From contig SMSO01000031.1 of the NCBI GenBank assembly GCA_004764695.1, positions 4,874,436 through 4,938,435 on the forward strand: 64,000 nt of DNA, given 5' to 3'. Both the position numbers and the translations under genes were made by a program. Below are positions 1 through 9,286 of the stretch, one piece after another (positions within the stretch are counted from its first letter, which is position 1; each line of letters begins with the position of its first letter). The notes under the pieces are model-generated. The model was not told the DNA's origin. It worked only from the letters and a program-made list of their open reading frames with translations, and did no database searches. The stretch is from Schizochytrium sp. TIO01 (lineage: Eukaryota; Protista; Bigyra: Labyrinthulomycetes).

Positions 1-3000
1 TTTGCTTCATCACTTGTAAGCAGTCGATGTAATAGTCTAAATCTAGTACTTTTTTCACTAACGAATGCTCATTTATAAAATATCTGACGTGCTAGATACC
101 GGATTTGAGAATGGACGAGGTGGTATGGAGGATTAAGGCAGAACATTCGAAATTTGTATCCACGCTTAATATTCATTGATATGTCAATCTCGAAAAGTAA
201 CATGCATCGCATGTGGTGCCTGATCATTATGGTTTGGTATGTCGCTCGATCAAATCTGTGTGTTTTGCACTTGACGATTGTTTGGGCAATCCCAAAGATT
301 GATTCAGACTTTGGTTATTTGTTCTTAAGTGAACGTGGACGTGGAAGTGTCATTACGAATACCTGGATTTTCAAGTTAGGTATTACATAGAATTTACACA
401 GGTGACTCATTCTCGTTTGGGTAGTGCATCAAGGGCTCTATGACCATGCATTTGTCTTTAAGATCTCACAATTGAGCATCTTTGGACGCAGGCAGAAAAT
501 AGCAAACTTTACTTTTGAGTTGTTCAATTTATATACTTGCAAAAATTGATTGCGTTGAGAAAAGACTTTAAAGAATGCAGGTAACTTAGAACCTTGCCAA
601 TCGATAGATGTGCTTAGATTTCCAATCGAAGGAACTAGTGGACAAGACATTGATAGAGTTCTTGGCGTCCCTTCATGAAACCCTAGTCAAGCTGCTCTGA
701 CTTCGGTACAATTGCCTGGTGCTTGCGTACAACTATATGTGGCCATTGCTTTCTGCAGCTCTGTAGAGCATTGGCTATTAAATTAACCTACCAGGACTGG
801 ATCAGCTCTGATTTGCATGATGAAGTAGCGGAATCTGCGAATCCGCGGACCCCTTCTCGCTATATAATGTAAATTGCCACCATAAGAATTGCCGTAAATA
901 AGGTTTGACAATAGAGAAAGAGTAGGCAGCCAGATTTATGTGGCTGCCGGAGTCAAGAACCAGAAGTGTAAATACACATTACCTACATCCAAGCATGGTG
1001 TAACTTAAGTTGATGGTTGTAGAGGTTAAATTAACCTAAATCCATCGATTATCTCTAGCACCTTTCAAGAAAGTCTTAACCACCTTAATTACTGCATGAA
1101 TTTATCTGTACTGGAATTCATTCTCCATGACAGCAGCTCGCTAACTCTTAAATCAGCCTTCTTAAAGCCTTCATCAAGACCCGTGCCTTCATCTTTATAG
1201 TTAACCTCAAGCTGACCAGAATCATCTTTCAGCAATATGACAGGGCGGACTCCAAAAATGAGAATTCAGGAGGTATATTTCCAAAATCATAAACACGCGT
1301 ATCTTCTAGAAGATCCTGTATGGTTGATATTGCATGATCAGGCTCTTGAAACATTGGAAAAGAGTAACTTTCTTGACTTATGTCAGTCATACGATTGAGG
1401 GGCCATTCTTAACGGTAGATTGTGAGCTTTGCAAAAAGATTTCAAGCTTCAACAAACGACAAATGTCTGCTGAATTGGCACACTGCAATATTCACCATTC
1501 AGTCCTCCTAAAAGCTCAAGGAACAAAAGATTAGAACACCTGCGTCATTATGCCCGCGTGTTGTTCAGCATAACTTCTTGGTTTAAAACATGCGAACTAT
1601 TGACAAGGTTACGAGATCTTGAAACATGATGTTTTGATCGAAAATTTGTAAGGGCGGGTTCTCTTAACCAAAGAAAAAAAATTGATGGAGGTTTTTTGAG
1701 GTCACATGGAAGAAGCCTGAGACACATGAAACAGCTGTTAACCACGCTTCACGAGTAATTCGAAAACAGGATGGATTAAATCAATTTCGTTCTGTTGTAG
1801 GATGGATATAAGACTTGTTCGTATAATATCCTCGAATAAGGCACTACGTATGAGCAATCGAAACGTGATCATAAGATTCATTAATTACTTTAGCTTGATA
1901 TTTCAAGATAAATGAATTTTCACGACTGCAGTTAAGTAGAGCCGTATACTTTATGAAACACAAAATAAAAAACTTGCCAGGAAAATACTCCCTTGGCGAG
2001 GAACAATAGCGTTTTGACGGAGATTGAAACCTGTTCCGTCCTCTATTTTCTAACCCCTTTCCCGCCCGCACGCCCGCGAGTTTTTTTTAGCTCAAGCACA
2101 TCAGCATGGAAAGAGTATAAACAAAATTATCAATACGCTTTGGTTTCTTGCTATTATAGGAGCTGACTACCTTCATGTGACAAGCTTAGCTGTCAAGCTT
2201 TAAAAGGGAAACTTCCTTGACAATCATAAGGAAGTGCCAACGTGTCGAATCACGATTTACCAGTCGCAGTCGTCCGAGTCATCAACAAATCTCGATGATG
2301 CTGAACTTAAATCAGACTCTCATGCAACCTGTGCTGTGCTGAGTATTTTATGGGAAATACAATAAGAAAGGCATAAAGTCTCACTTGGTTCGCTTGCCAT
2401 CCTTTGAGTCAGGGTATCACGAGGGTCTTCCCGCTACAGCAGCGTCCGCAGCCAACTGGCTACCTAAAGAAATAAATCAAGCCTTCTAAATAGCCTGATG
2501 CAAGCAGCTGGTGTATTTATATGGAATGTTTAGGAACCGGCGCGTGGTCCAAACAAAATCAATCCTAAGATAGCAGATTGCCACGATTTTCACGCTTTTG
2601 GCATTGCAAATTATACGTTGATGCTTCGACAGCATTGGAGGGGTTAGAAACTAATTTTCTTTTGTATGAATGTAACAATGTGGATTTACTAGCTCCAGTG
2701 CTGTTGGTTTCTATAATGGGACTTGAAATTTATTGGAAAAGTTTAAATCACCGACTAGAATGTTCTGAGTTTGCAATGAATTTGACAGTTAGCTTGGAAT
2801 GTATTTTCTTCATTAGGTATCAGATGATAGGAAGTTATTGTCCGAGGTTATTTTCTTCCTTGAGCCCTCAGGCAGTTCATGGTCTTTGACAAAATAATGT
2901 AGCCCTGATATCTACAATTTCTTCAATGTTTTGAAAGGCGTCTATAAAGTTTCGTACAAATATCTTTGGTTGATTATTTCCAAAGTTTTTATAAAGGGCA

Positions 3001-3570
3001 ACCAACCTATTTTGCGTTATCTGTTGAAATCAGTGCATTGGTGCTCCACTTTAGCTTCAGGTCCTAGCTATCGTTGGTTGCAGTTGCCTCCAGAGATACC
3101 TCAATAATCTGCAAGTAGTCATCAGAGATTCCTCCTATCAATCCTTTAACTTGCGTAGAAACTCAAGTCACAACAGTAGGTAGGCATGCAAGAGATGTCC
3201 CCGAAGCGTCCTCGACAATTACTGTGCACACCTCTTTCACGCCAGCCAATCACCCAGAGACTAGTACTCCTATTAGGGCTGGCAGCTCTTTTAACACCCT
3301 GGAAGTTGCATTTGGCTCGCCCCTAAACCCAGTCCGTCCTGGCCTTTTCAGCTTTCTTGCTTTCTAAACTAGCTAGAGGCAGCAACCACGCACGGTTCGG
3401 GAGATCCATCCTCAGTCTTCAAGCACAAAGATAAATGGAAAGTACCATCGCTTGAAACCTTCTTCTAACCCTGTGAGTGCACCTTTGCTACAGAGCACTA
3501 TTGCTTTCTTTCTTTTCTTGGGCTCTGACTCCTAGCCTGCTCCTAGCGAGGTGCTACCTACCTCTATCCA

Positions 3571-3655
3571 CATTCATTCATTCATTCATTCATTCATTCA
3601 TTCATTTATTCTTCATTCATTCATTTATTCTTCATTCATTCATTTATTCTTCATT
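3571..3655. repeat. (TTCA)n microsatellite, imperfect
   Basis: cattcattcattcatt... run. Confidence 0.9.
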
Positions 3656-4359
3656 CGCTTAATTCAATTCGGTGTGCATGAGAACTTTTCTCTCTGCTTT
3701 CGCACGAGTTTCATGTCATCCTAAACAGTTTTATAAGTAACGAAGGCTAAACGTTATTGAGGAGCAAACTTGATAGGACTATTTAAGCCCGCACTGTTCT
3801 GCGAGCGCGGCATCTCCCTCGCAGCTGAGGTGGCGACGATGGCGCCTTCTTCGCTGCAATCGCGACTCTTTGGGGAAACCCTCGAGCACCTTGAATCAGC
3901 GCTGAGGGCGTGGTACCTCAGGCACAAGCCTCGATCATTCTGCAATAATTCTTGGCCCAGCCTTGAGATTGCTCGTAATATAAAGTACTGAGTGAGTCCT
4001 GTTCGAGTGTAAGAGCTCTACGACAGCGAGCGATCAAAATGGCTTAGAGCTTTTGTTCACATGGCGTCGAACGTTTGCTCTGACTGTGCCTGAGACGATG
4101 GTGAACGGTGATCTTGGACTTTTCACTGCAAGCAAGCAAGCAAGCAAATCGAGCCATGGTATTGCAATCCTGGAGACCAAGGCATCGCTTATTGTGGTCA
4201 TTCACCCCTCTCAGAGTGATCGATCTAAAGCGTGTGCCCTGAGATCATTGTCACGAAATACCTGCTGCAGCTACTGTTGTTGTGCTGCTCCGTGTGGGTT
4301 TCCCATGCTCCAGGCATGCGAAAAGCATGTTATGATGGATGCACCTTGCTTGAAGGAGC

Positions 4360-4384
4360 GTATGTATGTATGTATGTATGTATG

Positions 4385-4418
<34 letters not shown>
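4360..4418. repeat. (TATG)n microsatellite
   Basis: gtatgtatgtatg... run with one variant unit. Confidence 0.92.
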
Positions 4419-4659
4419 TTCTGCCATGAGAATGGGGATATCAACGGAGATGGCGCTAGATCGATCACATGTGCAGATATACATATTTACAGCAGAAATG
4501 AGGCAAGGCATCGATTGAAGTGCTCGCGACGATTCAGCTGAGGCAGTTCCAGCCACGTGGAGGTTCCTTGGCATGGCAATGCTGGCGGGGAGATCTGTCT
4601 GCAGGAATGCAGCTTTTGCTGTGAGCTCAATCGAGCAAGATCCGCATTTTGTCAGCGGT

Positions 4660-4685
4660 TGAGTGAGTGAGTGAGTGAGTGAGTG
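4660..4685. repeat. (GAGT)n microsatellite
   Basis: tgagtgagtgagtgagtgagtgagtg. Confidence 0.9.
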
Positions 4686-5354
4686 ATCATCATTCGTTGA
4701 TTGTTGCTCGCTCAGTCGCTTTCAGTGAAGGCGCGGCACTGCTATATTATTGGGTAGGTGTCCCTAGTCAGTAATGAGGGAAGGATGAAAAACAAACGAA
4801 AGAAATAAATCGAGAATCATCGATCGGATGGCAACAAACAACGCCCACGATTCGCTCCCGCAGCGGTGAACGAGGGCTGCAGAGAGTGTAATGGCGCTCT
4901 CGTGGGCACCTCGCATCGCGTTCAACGCAGCATCTCAGTTAGCTAGCACGAATGCAGGGCGGATGACTTATTTTTATAAAGGTGATGAGTGCACAGCGCC
5001 ACCGTACATTGCACGAAATGATTGATTTTCATTGAAAATCGCAAAATTGATTCTCAATATGCCAGGCGTGCGTGCTATATCAATGGCGTTGAGAAAAGAC
5101 CAAGGCAAGGCAAGGCAAGGCAAAGAGTAGCGAGCTTGCGATGGAACGAACAAGGGACAACGCTAGCAAAGACTGGCAGCATCAGAGACGATGCAAATAG
5201 AAACCAGCCGGTTGCTTGTCTCGGTTTTTGATTTAAAGAAAATGCAAATAATTTCATAAATTGTAAAATGTTTATAGAGAACTACTATTACTAGACCATA
5301 GCCATTTCTACTAGCGACAGGAGAATCTTACTTTTAAAAGAATGCAATGCAGAG

Positions 5355-5445
5355 CAAAGTAAAGTAAACTAAAGTAAACTAAAGTAAAGTAAAGCAAGAC
5401 GAGACAAGACAAGACAAAACAAGACAAAACAAGGCAAGACAAGGC
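5355..5445. repeat. Compound pentanucleotide repeat (AAAGT)n then (CAAGA/CAAAA/CAAGG)n just upstream of the CBL-CGS gene
   Basis: caaagtaaagtaaactaaagtaaact...caagacgagacaagacaagacaaaacaagac; related (CAAGG)4 at ~5101-5121. Confidence 0.85.
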
Positions 5446-5520
5446 ACGCAAAGCAAATCAAATCGAGGCAAAGCTGCTTCAGCTAGCAAGCTAGCCAGAT
5501 TTGCGGACTCGGCGCCGGCG

Positions 5521-8500
5521 ATGCACACGCTGCGACCTGCTCGTTCGCGCCTGGCCCTGGGATCGCGTTCCGTTCCCGCTCGCCGCCGCCAGGACGCCTC
5601 GTCATCTTTCATCTTGTCGTCCTCGTCGTCCTCATCGACACTAACCTCGAGACCTCACGCTATGAGTTCCACCCCTTGGTGGCCTGCTTCCATCCAGCAG
5701 GCTCGCACTGTGAGCACTGCAAGCAACTCCAGCGGTGTCTCTCAACCTAAGCGCTCGGAGTCCAAGAGTGTTGACGGAGAGAACATGAGTGGCGCCTCCA
5801 GCGTCAGCATGCGCTCCCGTTCGTTTTCATCGGGTGCCAGCAACGGCCAGGATGCCGATGCCGCTCGCAAGCGTAGCTACCGCCTCGCAACTCGTGTCGC
5901 AAACTTCGGCAGCGATGTCAGCGGTCTTCAGGACCCTTCAGGCACCGTGAACGTGCCCATCTACCAGACTGCCACCTTTGACTGCCGCGACCAGGACCTC
6001 TACGACTACACTCGCAGCGGAAACCCGACACGCCATGCACTCCAGAACGTCTGTGCTTCACTCGAGGGACCCGATGCCAAGGCTTTTGCTTTTACCTCTG
6101 GAATGGCTGCGCTCACAGCAGTTGTGCGTCTCATTCGCCCTGGTGAAACCATTTTGGCATGCCAAGACATTTATGGTGGAATGCACAGACTTCTTATGCA
6201 TGCAGCACGTGCCAGCGGTGCGACTGTTCGTTTTGTGGAGACATGGGACGTTAAGCAGGTTGAAGAGGCCTTTGCAAAGGAGGGGCAGAACATCAAGATG
6301 GTATGTCTTGAGTCGCCAACAAACCCTCAGATGCGTGTGAGTAATGTTGCAGAGATTGCTAGAATTGCTAGAGCAAATGACGCAATTGTATCGATTGATA
6401 ACAGCATGATGTCACCAGTACTCATGCAGCCGCTGGCTCTGGGAGCAGATATCGTGGTGCACTCCGCGACAAAGTTCATGGGAGGGCACTCAGACGTGAT
6501 GGCAGGCATCGTTGCAGTGAGGGACCCGGAGCTTGCCAAGAAGATCTATTTTATGCAAAATGCGGAGGGAAGCGGTCTTGCACCGTTCGACTGCTTTCTC
6601 GTGCTCAGAGGAATTAAGACGATGGCACTTCGCGTGCGGGAAGCCCAGAAGAACACGCTGGCGGTGTACGAGTTCCTTGTGCGCCACCCGGACGTGATTG
6701 GCGTAAACTACCTCAAGCCTCTCCACGATGAGCAGCTCCACATTGACCCGGTGCTCGAGGACCGCAAACGTAGTCACGGCAACCCAGACTGGGTCAACGA
6801 GACCAAGACTCACTTTGAACAGGCTACCGGTGGTGGTGCACTCCTTAGCTTCGAGATGCGCTCTGCTGAAGTTTCCCAAGAGGTGATCAAGAACCTCAAG
6901 CTCTTCAAGAACACCGTAAGCTTTGGTTCCTGCAGTTCTCTGGCCGAAATCCCTGCTCAAATGTCCCACGCTAGTATCCCCGCCGAAATGCAGACCATGT
7001 CTCCTGCTCTCATCCGCCTCTCTGTCGGAATTGAGGACAGCCGTGACTTGATCGCGGACCTTCGCCACGCCATTACTCTGGCCTCTATGAAGACCTCGGA
7101 GCAAGAGAACTCTGGTGATGCCTACAAGCTTGAGCGCACCCAGAGCTACGGTTCCTTCCCTCTTGGTGAATCGGTCCCTCCCAAGGACCACCATGCTGTT
7201 GGTGTGTCAATGCCCTCATGGGAGGATGTCGTCAAGTACGAGGAAGGCGACCCCGAGACTCATGCTCAGCTGTCCGCTGGATACCCTCGTTTCGTGTTTC
7301 TGCACGCCGTAAAGCAGCTCTTTGCCAAGGCTGAGGAGCTCTTTGCTGCGCCTGGAGAGCGTGCTATGGTTCTTCCGAGTGCCCGCATTGCGCTGAGACT
7401 CCAATCCTTTCTTAATGACCCCCAGGTTCGTCTCCATGACTGTTTTGCACACAATGCTTTCGCTGTGACTTTCCCTGAGGCGCACATGGACAAGGCCAAA
7501 AAGTTTTGGCAGCACTCTGGTGAAATTGTCTCGAGCCGTAAGGCGGCTGCAGTACTCGACGTCATCGATCGCACCTGCTTCGAAAATGCACGCAAGGGTG
7601 GCGGTCGTGACGTTCGCAATGCTCAGAGGAACGACAGTGCAGAGGCCCCTGATGCTCGTATACCTCCGGCCACGCCGCACTCTGGAAGACAGGTAAACTT
7701 CGCAGCCCACTCTTCCCTTAAGAAGCGTATTGCAGGCATCCACCACGAAGATGCGGATAATGTCTATCTCTTCCCAACTGGCATGGCAGCACTCGCATCT
7801 ACGCAGCGCCTTCTTAAGCTTTCATCGCAGTGGGAAGAGAAACCCCTGCGGACTGTCATCTTTGGATTCCCGTATCTCGACACACTCAAGCTCGCGCAGC
7901 TTGAACCTCTCGGCTCTGGCGCTACCTTCTTTGGTCGTGGCGATGAGGAGGACTTTGTAAAACTTCGCGAGCTTCTTGAGCGCGAGCGGATCTCGGGTCT
8001 CTTTTGTGAGTTCCCTTCGAACCCTTTGCTCAAGGCACCTGATTTGTCTAGACTGAGGGCCCTTGCTGACGAGTTTGGGTTTGCCATCATCATGGATGAC
8101 TCCGTTGTTGGATCTGCGAACGTTGATCTCACTGGCCCTCAGGGCGCTGATATCATCTGCACCTCTCTCACCAAGCAGTTCTCTGGATCTGGTAACGTTA
8201 TGGGCGGCTCCCTTGTTTTGAACTCTCAGAGCCCGCTTTACGGAGTGCTTAAGAGCCGCATCGACCACGACCACGAAGAGAACTTGTGGTCTGAGGACGC
8301 TCAGGTGCTCCTTAAGGCCAGCGCTGATTTTGAGTCTCGTGTCGCCCGCACCAACGCCACTACCATGCAGCTGGTAGACCATCTGTCCAAGTCTCCGCTC
8401 GTCAAGTCCGTCTATCACCCGTCATGCGTACAAACAGAGTTGTATGATCGCTTCAAGCGTGATGCTCCCCATGCTGGCTACGGTTCGCTCTTTTCTGTAG

Positions 8501-8745
8501 TTTTTAAGGAGCCCTCCCACGCACAACGTTTTTACAACAAATTGCAGATCCCTAAGACCCCCGGCTTTGGCACAAACTTCTCCATGACATGTCCGTACAC
8601 AGTTATTGCGCACTACCATGAGCTTGAGTGGGCTGCCAACTTTGGTGTGGATGCCAACCTTGTGCGCATCTGGATCGGCCTCGAGGACCCTCGCGAGCTC
8701 GTTGCCAAGTTCGACGCTGCTCTCGACTCATGCTGCGACCTGTGA
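5521..8745 (+). CDS. Bifunctional cystathionine beta-lyase (N-terminal) / cystathionine gamma-synthase (C-terminal) fusion with Arg/Ser-rich N-terminal leader
   Basis: 1074-aa ORF with two Cys/Met-metabolism PLP domains. Domain 1 has PIYQTATF, YDYTRSGNPTR, FTSGMAA, LESPTNP, DNS and HSATKFMGGHSDVMAG (CBL type). Domain 2 has LGESVPPKDHHAVGVSMPSW, GYPRF, FPTGMAA, CEFPSNPLL, SLTKQFSGSGNVMGGS and GFGTNFSMTCPY (fungal Str2/MetB CGS type). Confidence 0.9.
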   Translation: MHTLRPARSRLALGSRSVPARRRQDASSSFILSSSSSSSTLTSRPHAMSSTPWWPASIQQARTVSTASNSSGVSQPKRSESKSVDGENMSGASSVSMRSRSFSSGASNGQDADAARKRSYRLATRVANFGSDVSGLQDPSGTVNVPIYQTATFDCRDQDLYDYTRSGNPTRHALQNVCASLEGPDAKAFAFTSGMAALTAVVRLIRPGETILACQDIYGGMHRLLMHAARASGATVRFVETWDVKQVEEAFAKEGQNIKMVCLESPTNPQMRVSNVAEIARIARANDAIVSIDNSMMSPVLMQPLALGADIVVHSATKFMGGHSDVMAGIVAVRDPELAKKIYFMQNAEGSGLAPFDCFLVLRGIKTMALRVREAQKNTLAVYEFLVRHPDVIGVNYLKPLHDEQLHIDPVLEDRKRSHGNPDWVNETKTHFEQATGGGALLSFEMRSAEVSQEVIKNLKLFKNTVSFGSCSSLAEIPAQMSHASIPAEMQTMSPALIRLSVGIEDSRDLIADLRHAITLASMKTSEQENSGDAYKLERTQSYGSFPLGESVPPKDHHAVGVSMPSWEDVVKYEEGDPETHAQLSAGYPRFVFLHAVKQLFAKAEELFAAPGERAMVLPSARIALRLQSFLNDPQVRLHDCFAHNAFAVTFPEAHMDKAKKFWQHSGEIVSSRKAAAVLDVIDRTCFENARKGGGRDVRNAQRNDSAEAPDARIPPATPHSGRQVNFAAHSSLKKRIAGIHHEDADNVYLFPTGMAALASTQRLLKLSSQWEEKPLRTVIFGFPYLDTLKLAQLEPLGSGATFFGRGDEEDFVKLRELLERERISGLFCEFPSNPLLKAPDLSRLRALADEFGFAIIMDDSVVGSANVDLTGPQGADIICTSLTKQFSGSGNVMGGSLVLNSQSPLYGVLKSRIDHDHEENLWSEDAQVLLKASADFESRVARTNATTMQLVDHLSKSPLVKSVYHPSCVQTELYDRFKRDAPHAGYGSLFSVVFKEPSHAQRFYNKLQIPKTPGFGTNFSMTCPYTVIAHYHELEWAANFGVDANLVRIWIGLEDPRELVAKFDAALDSCCDL

Positions 8746-9286
8746 AGCAACATAATCAATCATTAGACAGACAGATATGCATCATAAACACTTGCCCGCC
8801 TATATTAAAAATCCAAAGAGAACTAGAAAACTTTAAAAAAAAAATATTACATAACGCCCCTGACTCAGTAAAAATAGTTCTTGATAGGACATGATTCTTT
8901 AAAACTTTAGAAAGAGCTCAGGATTTTATGGTTCTATTTCTCGTTGCCTCTGCGGGGGCGGGCCCTTATGCTCACGAATATTCTTTTCTGTGGTCAGAAA
9001 CTTAGAGCTTTTGACTGTTTTAGTCAACTTTTTTTTTTGTGTAGGTAAAATGAACTATGCAATTTGCTAATCAAATATGCAAAGAAAATATGGGATGGAT
9101 CGTCTTTATGTTTGCCTGAAGGCAATGAGTGCTATGGAGCAGAAAAAAGGAAATAAGCCTCAGATGCTACCTTGGTAGTAGGTAAGATGCAAGGAAAGGA
9201 AAATAGGTGAACCTGGTATGAAGACCGGGCTTATTACTTGAAAAACAAGAAACGACAACAACAAAGAAAAATGATAACAATAAAAA

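Noticed and set aside
4053-4574. ORFs containing MYVC/YIHT repeats
   Set aside because: Translations of the (TATG)n microsatellite.
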